This document shows positions 43,636-58,600 of a stretch of 64,000 nucleotides of DNA, piece by piece. Position 1 is the stretch's first letter, and each line of letters opens with the position of its first letter. The position numbers and the translations under genes are program-made. Source of the stretch: Candidatus Omnitrophota bacterium (lineage in GTDB: Bacteria; Omnitrophota; Gorgyraeia; Tantalellales; Tantalellaceae); contig JADHWG010000002.1 of assembly GCA_016783605.1 (NCBI GenBank), positions 107-64,106 of the forward strand, read 5' to 3'. A model generated the notes under the pieces. The model saw nothing but the letters and a program-made list of their open reading frames with translations, made no database searches and was not told the origin of the DNA.

Positions 43636-46600
43636 ATGGGGAAAGAAAAAAGTTTATACATATTTACTGATGTTCGGCTCAAGAAAAGGCGAATCATTCG
43701 GGTTATTGCTTTTTTGGTAGCCTCGCTTTATCTGTTTCAGCAGATCGCGTGGGCACAAGGGGGAGCGCCTCGAGCGTCTTCGATCTCAAGACCTGTTTCC
43801 GGAACGGAAGGTGTTTCCCGCGGGGAATTGCCGAAAGTTCCTTATAAATTCGGAAAGACGCATGAATTTTCGGTGAATACGAACGAGACCGGTGAAATTA
43901 TATATCACATTCAGGATTCCCACGCTTCGCTCGGCGCGCAGTATTCGATCGTTGAGCTTCTTGATTCTCTCGCGACTGATTATAACGTGAATCTTATTGC
44001 TCTTGAAGGCGCCGAAGGATATATCGATACTTCCGTTCTCCAATCGTTTCCCGATAAAGAAATTAGGCGAGACGCGGCAGACCGCCTCATGAAAAAGGGA
44101 CTTATGGGCGCGGCTGAATTTTTTACCGTAACGCGGGATGAAAAAGAGATCGATCTTTATGGAATAGAAGACGAAGAGTTATACAGGAAAAACGTTAACG
44201 AATTCCGCGAAGTTGTTGAAGAGCGTTCCGTAAAAATCGCGAATATCGACGCGTTTCTCACGCAACTAAAACTTCTGGAAAAAGAAATTTGTTCGGAACG
44301 CCTTTTGCGTTTAAACCGCTATTCTTTTCTGCATAGAAATTGCGAATTAAGTTTTTCAAATTACCGGAAGGAGCTTTTGGAGTTTACGGATCGCTTTAAA
44401 ATAGATGAGGGGTCGGGGAATTTTTCTCCGAACCCTCATCCTGAGCAAGGCGAAGGATCTCTGGTTAATTTTTCAAAAGGGTCTATAGAGATCCTTCAGC
44501 CCTTTGGACTTCAGGATGAGGAGTCGGGAAACTCCCCGACCCCTCAAATAGATACCGGTAAATATTCGGAACTCGCAAAACTTACTGAAGCGATCAGCCT
44601 TGAAAAAAGTATAGATTTTCAAAAGGCCAATACCGAGCGGCGCGCGCTTATTGACAAACTAAGCGAGCTTTTAGATAAAGCGGCGCTTAAAGAACTTGTT
44701 ATTAAGTCCGTTGATTTTCAGCAAAACATGATATCCCCGTCGGAGTTTCATGAATATCTTGTGGGGATGTCTAAAAGCCGCAAAATCCCGCCGGAAACCT
44801 ATCCCAATCTCAATATGTTCGCGCGTTATATTTCCGTTTATGAAAAGGTTAATCTGTTTTATCTCACAAAAGAATGCGAATTTTTGGAAAAGGAGATCCG
44901 AGAGAAGCTTTATCGGAACGAAGACGAAAGAAAGCTTGTTGAAATTACGCAAATGACGCGTATGCTCCGGCGTTTATATAGCATGGAACTTACCCCCGGC
45001 GATCACAGTTTTATAAAAACGGAACGCGCGAGGCGATCCGCGGAAGAGTTTACTTTGTTTATAAAAGAGGCGTGCAAAAAATACGGCGTTATCTTTGAAG
45101 AAGGATACGATATCCCGGAAATGTTTGCCGGCATAGAACCGGCTATGACGTTTTATGAAACGGCAGAGAAGAGAAACCAGCATATACTCAAGAATACCGT
45201 TACGCGGATGAAGAAAAGCGGCGCGCGCGCCGCCGCGCTTGTCACGGGCGGATATCATACGGAAGGCCTTACAAAAATAATGAAAGAGAAAAAACTTTCA
45301 TACCTTGTCATCGCCCCCAAATTTGAAAGCGGCGAAGAACGTCCGTATATCGCGGTCTTGACCGGCAAGAAGAAACCTTACCAGAAACTTCTAAAAACCG
45401 GAAAATATCAGCTTGCGATGGAACCCTTCTTTTATCGATCGAATATGGAAGAGATGAAAGAAGACCTTTTTTACGCGCTTGGTCGAGTGGTGCTGAAAGG
45501 CGAGGATCTAAAAAAAGTTAAAGACGCGCTATACAACAATCACAAAATAGAATATGAAAAAAGAATTTCTCAAAAAGAAAAAGAAACAAAGTTTGACGTG
45601 ATCACGCCAACTGAACTCAAAGCCTTTTTGGACAATATACACGTTATAAGAAGCGGCACGAGCGCTGTTATCGGAGACAAAACGGATAAAAATTCAATTA
45701 TTGTACTCGCGCGAAAAAATAGTGTTTACAATTTCAAAACGGCGACGCCCTCGCAAAAGAGAAAGTTACTGAACCGCATCTCCGAAGGCAAAATGCCGGA
45801 AGAAATGGAGGGAATAGGAACTAATATAACCGATTTTGTTCATGACCGAAGCCAAATTCTAACAAAACTCGATAAGTCCACTCCCGCGATTGTTCAGAAG
45901 ATACTGGCAAACCTTACCGAAGGAAAAATAGACGAAAATGAGATTAAGGAACAAGCAGTAATCCTTTTAAAACGTAAAGGAATGCCTTCCGATTGGCAAA
46001 GCGATATCGGTCTCAAAAAGAGGGTAAACAGGGTGATAGCTTTGGTGCGCCAGGGTTTTGCCGCAAAAAAGACTGAAAAAGAAAAGAAAAAGTTCGGCGA
46101 GTGGAAAAAAGCTATAGATGTTGAAAAATATTGGGAAAATTTAAAAAACGTTCTTGGTGAAGTACCGGAAGAGGTGTTGGTTAACGGGATCGATTTTGAA
46201 TTCGCGAATTTTGTTGATCATATGTGGAGCTTTATCCAACAAATAATTGACAGTGAAAAATTTAAACGCGAAATAATTCAATGCTATAACCAAAAAAATG
46301 CTGACGCTGACAAAAACTACCAAGATATAATACAAAGACTGAAATCTCTCCGTTCGCAAATATTTTCTAATCAAACTTTTAATATATTGGGTGATGATGT
46401 TTCTCCAGAAATCCGCAAACACTGGAATTACATATTAAGCGAATATGTCGGGTGCCGGTGGTTTTCGGATATTACCGAAAAGCATGCCGAAATTTTCGAG
46501 GATACTCTCCACGAAAAAATTACATCTCAAAACAAATCGGAAATTGAGAAATATACGAAGCATTTTAGAAAAAACTTGCCCTTCAAAAGTAAAAAGAAGG

Positions 46601-49600
46601 TCCCCCTTCGCATCTTCATGAAATATCTGTATATCAAAATTTTAGAAGCCACAAAGTACTGGGAAAACGAAGTAGATGTTTATATAGAGTCAAAAGAGGA
46701 AACCTGTAATAACGGTGTAAAATATTTTATAAACAACATTGATATGAAAAATCTGGAAAAAGATCGTGTGAAAAAGGGAGAGAAAGACATTTGTGTCGTA
46801 TTAAAAGAAATGATGGATATACTTCTCGTGGGGAATTTGTATAGTGATTTTGCCAATCCAACGAAAGAAAAAAAGCGCGAAAAATATCCGGTTGATGATT
46901 CAGCAGAAACCTTAGATCATTTTTTCAAACTGAGAGAACAAACAAGGCGTGGAAAAGATACGGAACTGCACGTGCTTCACGATAATGTGGGGCTTGAACT
47001 GGTATCAATCTTTCATCTTATAGATTTTTGTATAAAAAATGAAATTGTGAAAAAAGTGGTGCTTCATACAAAAAATTATCCATATGCTATTTCAGATGTT
47101 GTGGGAGAAAAAGATATAAGGATGCAAATTAACGCGCTTCAAAACGCGTCAGAACTTTCAGATATAGCATTTGAGAAAACCGGAAATATTAAATATATGG
47201 AACAACTTTCAGACGATATTACTGGGCATCTAAAAAATCAAAATATTGTAATTGCTAAACCTCATTGGTTTCCGACACTCGGTCAAAACTTTCTGGACAT
47301 TCCTGAAGACTATTATAACGAACTTAAAAAAGCAGATCTTATTTTGGCAATGGGCGATGGCTGGTATAGCAAACTCTTTCTTACCCGCAACTGGAAGTAT
47401 ACAGCAGACGCAAAAGAAATCTTAAGCTATATGCCCGCTCCTACCGTCATCTTTCGTATAGGCAAAAACCCCATAATCGCGGGATTAACAGCCAAAATGG
47501 CCGAATATCTAAAAAAGATCGGCAAATGGTGGAAACCGCCAAGATTCGGCATGATACATTTCGCGCGAGGAGGGAAATACGCGCGTAAAAAAGCTTATAA
47601 CGAATACGAAACACATGAGGAGGCCATTGACGAACAGCTTGAGATCGCTTATGCCGAAGGCAGATTTAAGGCGGTAAGCGACGAAATCGTAGCGCCCGTC
47701 GCAGAATTTTTCAAAACGTCAGGTTATGAAAAAATATCGAAGAAACTAACTAAAGATCCAAACACAGCTACGCGCCAGATAGCGATTAACGAGGTTACCG
47801 GCATAGAGGATTTTAGGGGACACGCGAGTTGGCGGGGTATACACATAAGCGCGGAACTTGATGATGAAGAAAAACAAAAAGTGCTCGTTCACGAGGTCGG
47901 TGCATATTATCGACTTACGCATGGACTTAACCTGGATTTAGAAGCGTTATATTTGGACTATCTTAAGAAGAAAGAAATAGACAAAAAAACCGCACGCGAA
48001 AAATTTAAAAAACTGAAAGAGATGAAAGAGCTTCCTGAAGGTTTTTCGCCTGAGAGGGATTATTCTGGTGAGCCTCTTCGCGTTATTGAGGGTAACGCGA
48101 AAAAAGCAACTTTCTTTCATATTATTGGGCGAAAAATAAAGAGAATTGTTTTTCGTGTTATCGGACGGAAAGAAAAGACGTGTTCACTTTACGTTATTGA
48201 AGGGAAGGCAAAAATGGAAAGAGATCCCGGATATTTTCCTTCGGAAAATTCCGGGATGACAAGTGTTGAGTTGTCGAGAAATTCCAGGATGACAAAAGAG
48301 CGAACTTCACAAAATTCCGGCCAACGCGCTGTCATCCCGGTCGAAGAGCCGGGATCTATTTTTAGAAACTATAAAAAATTATTTAAACTCCTTTCGATTT
48401 TTACTTTTATATTAGGATTGATTATCGTACCTGCGATAAAATTGACTCATTTTATGACGCCATCTAAGAACGCGCCGCCTTTTGAATACAGAATTAAAGA
48501 ATCTGTAAAACCTGTAACAGATTTTCTTGTAAAAGGGCTCAGCGCGCACGGGCCCACGGATATCATAAAAATTGAACCGCAAGGGACTTTTTCCATTGAA
48601 CACGGCGTTGAAATAACAGCGTATAACGCACTTTATGATGTGCCGTCAAATGCGTTTGTTTCGGATTATTACCTTATGTTTGTCTTTAAAGAGGGGGTTT
48701 CTCCGGGAACGCGTCTGCAAATTTTTCTTAAGAATCGAGAATGGAAGAACCTATACGCATATCCGGGTTCGCCTACCGGAGGCAAAGTTATATTTCGTCC
48801 GGGAATAGATCCCTGCAACGTATGTCAATTTAAACCGGAAGAGACGCCATATGGTGATATCTCCGCTATCGGAGTTAAGGTTTGGGACGGCTCATCGGGT
48901 AACGCGCTTAGCAACTTAAAAAAAGTTTATGTAGTCAAAAATGGTATTAAACCGGAAGATGTGCTTAGGGAGAAAAAAACGCCTCTATCACAAGAGAAAA
49001 AAGAATCTCAAAAAACACCGGTGCCGCAATTTGTAAAAACACCGCAAGAAAAACTGCCCGCACCACCGGTGGCGATACCGCAGGAGAAATCGAAGAAACA
49101 AAAATCATCTGATCCTGACGCGATAGTGGTTCCTTTAGACATTCCGGGCACATGGTACGGTCAGAAATGGCCTGACAGCCAGGCGATATCCAATGTGCGT
49201 TATGACCCAAAAAGAAAAGCTTTGGTAGGAGATTTTAATATCATACAGGGCCATCCGAATCTGGATAGAGGGGAAGTAATAGTTGATGTGCTTGACCTCG
49301 GGATATCCCCTTTCAATTTTGATAAATGGGAACTTACAGCTGATGTTAAAGTTGACGTAAAAGAAGGCAGTTTCGGACATACGCCGAATAATGCTGATGG
49401 CGTGGGATTTTTTGTAAAAACCGGACCCGCGCAAGGCTGGAAGAATGCCTATGAATGGGAAAATCATCCGGAAAACGAGGTCGGCGATTGGAAAACAATA
49501 TCGTTTAGCCGCGGAGAATTTAATAAGATAGACAGAGTTGATCCTCAGGACGGGTTCCCTCTAAAAGATCCGATAATCAGGATGTTTGGGATTAAACTGG

Positions 49601-52600
49601 GAGCGGGAAAAGATCATACAGGATCTAAATTTACAAAAGCGAAGGGCAAAATTTTAGTTCGAAACGTGCGTATCACGCCTCGAAGAGAAAAATATGCTCC
49701 GCCCGATTTCTGGCCAAAGGCGCCGAGCGCGCGCAAAAAAGTTTCGGGTGAAATAAAAATCCCTATTACAACAAACTGGCCGGTTAGGGAAGACGCGGGA
49801 AACTGGGCGGTTAAAGCGACGCACGTCAAGGGCGGTATTCTTGCTCTTACCGTGAAACTTCGCGGAGGGGACCCTGAAGGAAACCATAATAAAGGCGAAA
49901 CCTATCTTCCTCTATATGATAAGCGAGGCAAACGTGTCGTTCCTGTCCCGGGATTGCCTGAGGAAGGATATTTTGATGCTCGAGGCAAAGTTATTAAATC
50001 CATGGTTTGGGTTCCAAAAAGCTATGCCGAGGGCAAAAAGATCCCAAGTGCCATACAAACCGGAGCACACGATAAGCATTATAACTACCAGAACAACGCG
50101 TGGAATCCGTCACTTATAACTAAAAACCTCACTGGAAAATGGCATGAATTAAAATTTTATCCTATGGATCCGGCAGAAAACGAACCCGGATACACTGATG
50201 ATGATTTTTTGGTCGTTGCTTTTGGCGAACTTTTATTTAAAACAGGCCTTCCCGGCGCCACTTCACCTGATTACAAATGGGACGGACATATTTACTTTAC
50301 GGATATCCGCATTGAGACTGATGACCGTGTGTTCCCTGAACCCGTGCCGCCATTAATAAAAACGAAAATGTACGCTGAAAATCCAAAAGATAAACCGCCT
50401 GTTCCCATAGAGCTCTTTGAAATGCTTTCCGGCGCCGGCGGTTACGGTATTTTTGACTTTGATCATATTCCGGAGGGGCGAGCCGCGCTGGAGGAAAAAA
50501 TCAAAAAAATGCCTCCAAATGCCCGCGTTTGGCGCCATATGGCGCTTTTCGGAAGTCTTTCGCCGAACGGACCCATTTTGTTCGATGAGAATGATAATTT
50601 TATTGATTTTGGTTTCATTGATCCTGTAACAGGAAAAACGGTGATCATAGGCGTAGAAGGCATGAAAAAATGTGTAGACGAGAGACTTTCTATACTAAAG
50701 CAATATGGCAAAGTAGAGATTACGTCTCTTGTAGCGCATGATGCCGCGGACGGAAAAAAGAAAAAAGAAAACCGTATAGAAGGAGATCGGCCGAATCTTT
50801 TTACGGACTCAAAAAAATTCAAAAGATTTTTACAGGGCATTAAACCCATATTAGAACATATTCGTGACAAATGGAGGGCTCCGGTGCCGGATTCGGCAGG
50901 GCTTGATCTCATACAGCACAATTTTAATAATCCTAAAACTGTTGTCGCTATGTTGGAACTCTTTAACGAGCCGCTCAATATGGATACCGCGCAGGTTCCT
51001 GTGCCGTGTATTCAGAGGAGAATTCACGAATTATTTGAACTCGTCTATGAAATTGATCCTACATGGCTTCTTTCAACCGGAATGAGAGATTACGAGTCCT
51101 GGAAATATTTCGCGCACTTTGTGCTTCCCGAATATTATGACGGCATTAAAAATGTAAAAAATCCATTTTATAAAAATGTTGTACCGCAGTCTCACTGGTA
51201 CGGTGATAAAGAGAGTGTAACACCTCTTGCAACCAACGTGGGAAAATTCTTTATGCCGGAACACGTACTTTTCTGGCTAAAAGGAGAACTTGACCCGCGT
51301 ACGCCTGAAGAATATAAAGCCGCGATAGGCATAGTTGAGGTTATGCGGCAAGTTTATGTTTCAGCCTATGGCGGCGGTCTATTCTGGGTTGACGACGAAT
51401 TTTTGCCGAATTGGAAAGATTACCAGAAATTTTTTAAGGACAACACCGCGCAAGTTCCTTTTACTCCGCCCACCCCCGCTAAACCCGTACAGGTTGTAAT
51501 AACACAGGAAGTGCTCAAAACACTTCCTAACACGATAAAGGCAATCAAAGAGGGGAGTTTAACTTATCGGGACGTGACTATTTTCGCCCAAAGCGAATAC
51601 CCGATCACATTCAAAATGCTGACAGAAAAAGATGTAAATATCAAACTGACAAGAATCGGTCTTAGAACCGACATAATAGAAGCTCTTACGGGACTCGCGG
51701 AGTCGGTAATTCTGAGGGGCTATCCTCTAAATTATGAAACCATCTCCCGCGCGTTTAAAGAAATAATCACGCTCCATGCCGCGAAAGAACTAATGCCGCA
51801 TGCTAAGATGCTTCAGGAGAATGGCATAGCGGTTACGCATAAAAATCTAAGCCGTGTGCTTAAAAAAACATCCCCCTCTCTTATCCCGAAATGCGCTGAA
51901 AAAGCACCCCCCTCTGTCATCCCGGAATTTGCCGAAGGCGAATATCCGGGATCTTGTACCCACAAAAAACTAATCATGTCTTTAGCGGCCATGTTAACCA
52001 TGGCTCCGGTTGTTGCTAGTGCCAATTGGGGAAATATTGTGATGGAATCAGGCATATTTACGACCGTTATGAATTTTTGTTTTTTTGCTGTGCCTATTTT
52101 AGTTTTTTCCGCGGTTATGGTCGGCATATGTTTGACCGCGCAGAAGGTTTTAATTGATCCTTTGGCGAATGTTTTAGATCCCGGCTCTTCCCCCGCATCA
52201 AGTGCGGGGTTCGGCCGGGATGACAAAAAAGAGGAAGGCTCCGACTGGAATAACACATCTGGACACTTCACAAAAAAGGTAAAAATCGCGGGCAGGGCGC
52301 TTCCGGGGGTAGTTGTGGTTTTATTGTTAATCGCTGTCGGCGTAATTTACTGGATGCAAAAAACTACTCCGCCGGAATTTGTTCCTGAAAAACCGGTTTA
52401 TGAAGATGTTATTGATACAAAAGAAGAGAAACTGGAGATAGAGGAGCCGCGTCAGAAGAAATTTTCTAAAAAGCTGAAAGCAAACTCGCCTCGAGATGGA
52501 CCTGAAGACGCTGAAAAGCGTGAAAGGGAAGATACTTTAGAAAAAGAGCGCGCGGAGTTTGATAAAATATTTGGTATGTCTAAAGTGATTACTCATGCTG

Positions 52601-55600
52601 ATGGCTCGTATAAAATTGCGTATTATCCACCGGGTGCGGTTGTTTCTTCTGAAATATATTTTTATTCTGCAGACAAAACGCTCAATAAGATCAGCTATTT
52701 CGATCCCAATACAGGTATTCCTTCTTGCGACGCCTATCTGGACCCCAACGGTACGGAAATTAGCAGAGACTATTTTGATCCGAATATTCAGGATTTAACC
52801 AAAACAGTTTATCTAAGCCCCGACGGGAAAGAAACTTTTATCGTACGCAATCGTTATTCATCGCATTTATCTCAAATGGATCCGAATGGGGGCACAACGG
52901 AATATTATTTTGGCAGGAAGAGTAGTTTTTTCCCGAGTTCATTTGATATCTATGACACTTCAGGAGACAGGGCAACTCTTTTGATGCTTGATACGAATAG
53001 CTGGAGTTTGAAAGAACGAACTGATAGGGGGACGACAGAAGATGGTATTTCATATGAAACTATTACGGATTTACAAACTAATACGACAGCTTATCGCGAA
53101 TACTGGTCCGGGACGCTTATACAAATGTACTGGGAATCTCGGGATAGCGAAGGAAATGTTGGTGGACGGATATTTTACGATAAAAAAGGCATGTCGGTAG
53201 AGACACGAGACGCGAAAGATCGTGTAACGTTGTTAAAAAAAGAGGATCGGATTACCGAGACCAAATATTATCCCGGTAAACATGTGAATCAAATGGAGAG
53301 TGCTCACACAGAATATCTTGTTCCGAGAAACGGGATTTGTTCTGAAGCCATTTGGATGAATAGAGACGGTTCAAAAGATGCTCAGCAGTTTGATTATGAA
53401 GACAAAACATCGATGTGGAGAGAATTTAATAAAGATGATTCGTATGAAGAGACATATTTTGATGAAGAAGGGAAACAGTCAGAAGTTATCTATTATGACT
53501 CAAACAACAATGTTATCCAGCCGGCGGAGGAAGATGAAGAAGGCATAGAAATGGGTAGAGACGTCAGCCACCTAAAGAGAAATGTCACTCATTTAACGAC
53601 TCTCAGCCTAATCGCGTTTGCCGCCAGAGAATTAATCTTACCGGCTGTGTCTGAAGCTTACGGTGGAGGTTTTATAACCCGCGCGGTGATGACTGGTTTT
53701 GAAAATCCGGTTATTTCGGTTTTGATTCTTATGGCTCTTATCGGACTTGAGTTTTTTGTATACAAACTAAGGGTAAAAGCACTTAGTAAAAGAGCAGGAG
53801 ATTTTTACGCGCGCTCACGTGCTCGGACAGAATGGCTGATCGCGGCAGTTTTAACCATTTTTGTTTTTGGAACGGTTTTTCTTGTAAAAAATATTAAGCA
53901 CAAAGAACCGGCGCAAAACGTACAAAAAACTGAAGATATTCAAATTAAAAAGTCGGAAGAAGAAATTTCCGTTGATGTTAACGCGATCATTCGTCGTGTG
54001 AAAAAAAGAAGATACGGAACATATGGAAGACCGGAACCTTCTTCGCTTAAAAACATTCAATTGCCTGAAGCGATGCGGGAATTTGAGGGCTTGAGATTTC
54101 TTTATGAAAGTTCGGATGGCAAAACAGAGTTTTATGAGTCTCCGTATGAAAAGTTTGAGAAAATTAGTTTTCGATATAATCCAAACGATACTCTTATGCA
54201 GATTTCGGGTTTTGACGCGGAAGGAAACGATTATACAATTTATCGATCTTGGCCGAGGGGAAATAGTACTATTTACTCGCACACAGATGATTTGAAAAAA
54301 GATATGATCTTTAACTATGATTCGAATGGGAAATTAACTGATCAGACTAAGTATAATGATGACGGAGAATGTGATTGGAGAGACAATCAGGAAAACGGCA
54401 TATGGTACCACCATACATATGAGTATGGCCCGGACGGTTGGCTTAAAAAAGAAACTAAATTGGATGCTTTCGGGATCACCCCGCTAAAGGAGTGGGAGTA
54501 TGAGCCTGGAACTTATCTTCTGTTGCGGGAGACCAATTCCGATAAATCTTTTATAGAATATGACTACTCATATGACGACCCTGACGATCCGGAGGGATAT
54601 GAATGGAAGCAATTCGGGTGGCATTACGATCCCAATGGAGGGCTTGTTAAGACAGTCGAATATGATAGAGAGGGGAATATTGTTGATATTATCGATCCTG
54701 ACGGTAATCCCGCGCAAATGGTGGTGAACCCGACGGATGGTTCGTATTATTTTTATGCTATGGAGTATGGTGATAGAGCAGAATACCATTATTCTTCAAA
54801 GAATGAGTTTTTTAAAGAAGTAAGATATGATGGATCCCGAATATCGCGAATTATTGAACGCGTGTCTCCTAACGAAAAAAAGGATACACATATTTGGAAA
54901 GATAACACGTATAGCACCTATTATTCGGAAATCAATGAAGACGGGGATTTTATAAAAACCAATCGTGTGGAATATTTTAATTCCGAAGGATGGTCTATAA
55001 AAAAATATAACTACGAAACTAAAGAATGTAGTAAATTTGAATATCCGCCAAACGAAGCATATTTTATTGAGAAGTGCTATAGAGGCGAGAATTTCGAAAC
55101 ATTTATTGAAATTGTTCGTCATCCGTATCCCCAGAGTAAAAAATCAAGCGCTTATGACTCGAGCACAATGAATTTTTTAGCAAAAAAGGTTTTCTCGCCA
55201 ACCGGAGCAGGTTCCGCCGCGGCAGGGGCAATTTTGCTTTTTCCCGCCATCGCGAATGCTATAGGCAAAGTTTCGGGTTCGGCCGGTGTTCTGCCTGTAT
55301 CGACGGTTTTATTGCGTTTTTTAAGCCATCCCTTGAGTGCTGGAATTTTTGGGGCTGTGTTTGGAGTTATTGCATATCTGGCAATTGATTGGACTGCCGA
55401 GAAAATTCAAGAAGCGTCTGCGTCTTCAATAGGTTTTCCGGGAGAGATAAAGCTTACACGGTCAAGTTTTGTTAAGGGAGCTATTGGCGGTGTTCTTTTG
55501 TTTTTATGGTGGTTGTCTAATCCTTTTAGAGCATTTGGTTCAGATAAATCTGATCCATTTTTGAAAATATTTAAGTTGAATTCAGACGAAAAGGAGATAA

Positions 55601-58600
55601 AAGAATTTGATGTACAAAAGTATTCGGGAGCTTTTATTTATAGCGCAATGGTATTTTCTGAAAAAGGAGAGCTGATTGGAAAATTTCCTACTTTTCTCAT
55701 TAATAGAATTTTGGATAAGGAGACACATAATATCGTGGGATATTCATATATAGGGAAAGCAGGTATTTTCAATAAAGCAGGGCGTAAAATTGGAGCCATT
55801 ACACCGGACAGGGATATACAAAATATAGAAGGAAAAATTATCGGAAAAGTTGATGATTATCATAAAGGAGATTTGAAAAATAAAAGGGGAAAGATTGTTG
55901 CCATTCGCAGGGAGAGCGGCTGTGTCATGCTGGATATAAATGGGACGAATTACTTATTAAAACACGAAGATTTCTATTCTGAAAGAAAAGAAATGGTTAG
56001 CAAGTTTTTTAAGAATCTTTCGGTTGACGCGCAAAAAAAGATAATATCCGTTCTTGAATTATCAAAAGGGAGAGAACTTTCTTTGTTTATCAGAGATGTT
56101 GTTCTTACTTTAAGGGAATGGCATCTGCGAGAACATAATCCTATGGGGATAGGTGAACTGAGACAACTTATCAAAGCAGATGAACGGTCCAGTGCGATAT
56201 TAGTAAAATTCGTTTTATCCAATGAACTTTTCAGGGATCTGTTTGATGTAAGTTTTAATGAGCTTGTCAGTCGCGCACAAAAAACTAACAAATCATTCGC
56301 AGAATTTTTGCGAGTAGATGCTGGATTAAAAGATAATGATGTAGTTAAATTTTCGGGGATTTTAGCTTTATTCGGCGGATTAGAAAAGGCTGTTAAAGTT
56401 TATCCAAAATATCTTACGGGTGTAGTGCCTAAACTCTTTGAATCAGTAAAACAGTTAAAGAGAGAAGCATATTTTACAGAAAGGTTATATGAAAAAGTTC
56501 TGGCAGATAAATTTTTACATAAGACGGATTTTGAAAATGCACTTATAAACCTATATAAGTCTTTAGACCCCAAAAGTGTTAAAAGAGATCTGATCGAAAT
56601 AACTTCCAGCCTTTTAGGAGATAACCTTAGCGCGAACACAAAAAAAGAATTAAATTTAAAATCAATCGACACTTCTGCATATAAAAAGGTGCCATTGGAT
56701 AGTGTTGTTCACAATGATACCCTGGTTGTTAAAAACTATTTTTATGACAAAAGATGGTATGACTATTTGCTAAAAGTTTTGCCTGCCTTTGGATATCCTG
56801 AAGGAGGAATAAAAATAGAAAATAACGCGTTTCTTGCAACTCAAAGAATTAACGGAATTATGGTTAAGTTTATAGGAATCTTAAATTCCACAGAAGAAGA
56901 AAAGGGCGACCCGTTTTCTGAGTTAAAAGCTGGTATTCTTGTTCACAGAGGACATCAGGGAAAAGAAACACGAACGACCTTCAACGGCAGAGAAGCGCAA
57001 GTACCGTTACTTTTGCCGTTAGGTTGTCGGAGCGCGGGAGACGCGGATTGGCTTATCGCAGGGAAATATCCTGAAGCCGTAATGTGGGGAACCGGTGGAA
57101 CCGGGGAGGGTCTCAAAAACACGCCGTTTGTATTTCATCTGGTAAAAGCCATATGTAAAAAGGAATATACTACGTGGAAACAAGCTTATTCATATTTGGA
57201 ACAAAGACTTGGTAAAGGTGTTGCGAGAAACTATATGAGACCTGACAGTCTTACATTTATTCTTATCAAGGAGCTTAAAAAACGATACCCCGATGCTGTA
57301 AAAAATTATAATTTCCAGCTCTCAGAAACAACCCCCGCTCGCGCCGGACCTCGTCAATACGGCGATATCTTCGCGCCCAACATTACAAGAAGAGAAATGT
57401 TGCGCGGTAGTTTCCGCCTGCCGATAATCGGCATAATTCTTTCCGGCATTAGAAACAGGGATAAATCGACCGAGGATTCCCCGAGAAAAAACGATGAAAA
57501 AGAAAAAAGGAATGTTGAGAATAAAACGGAGCCTTTCGGGAAGAGACCGTTAAATATCAACCCAACGTTTATTGCACTGTTATTATTCGGTTTGTCAGTC
57601 TGGCTTTTGGGAGCGGAACGAAATCTTAGCAATATTAGTTGGCTGGCTATGGGTGCGCTATGCGGATGTCTTATTCTTTTTTTGGGAAAGCTCTATTCAG
57701 AAAAAGTGACTGCAGGGATAATAGTCTTTTTAAAAAATAACGGAGTATCAGTACCGACCATCTATAAATTGTGGAAGGTATCGAAGAATACACTACCTTT
57801 CGTGATGGCAATTATGTTTGTTATGACAGGCTGGTTTATGTGCAAAAAAATGTCTCCCGAGTATGCCAGTATGCGTATAGTAAGCGCCGTTGCTTTAAGC
57901 ATATTAAGCGGGTGTTTTTTGTTGGAAAAACAAACGGAAGAAGCTATGTTGCGACGAATGGACAAAATAGTAGTGGCAGGTCTCAATTTAATGATAAGAG
58001 TGTTCAGTTTGGTGATAATAGAGGGGTATAATTCAGCGGTGACAATTATTAATTCACTCAATGAAAAAATAATGGAGTTTAGAAATGGTGTTCGTAAAAA
58101 TGATAAATCCGATTTTACGATTACGCTTGGCGTTTCGTCTGAGATCTATAAGAAACTTATCTCGAAAGACGCTATTTCCGAATTGTACAAAAGGGGAATT
58201 AATCGCGTGGTAAGCTTAGACAAATTCGGTGCGAGAGAAGAGATGATGCGTGAGCTTAGTGAGAAAACAAAAGGTGAAAAGGTTATCTGTCTGCTTTTGG
58301 ATGAAACCACGTTCGGGCAGTTGGATCTAAAAGATTCGCAGGGTAATATGAAAATGAAAAAATTTATGAACACGGTTGATCTATTTGTCGAAAGGGCTCA
58401 AAAAGATATTTTTCCCTTGATGCATCCGGAACTTACGCGAATCAATGCCGAAACAGTAAAAAAGATCAATGACGCCGCTAAACTTAGGGGTTTTCTTGAC
58501 ATGCACGCGAGAACTTTGCGGGAAGTGGAATCTCTTGAACTTGTGGACAAAAGTATTTATGACGAACGGTTGGCAGATCTTCAATCCGTGCTTTTTTCGA

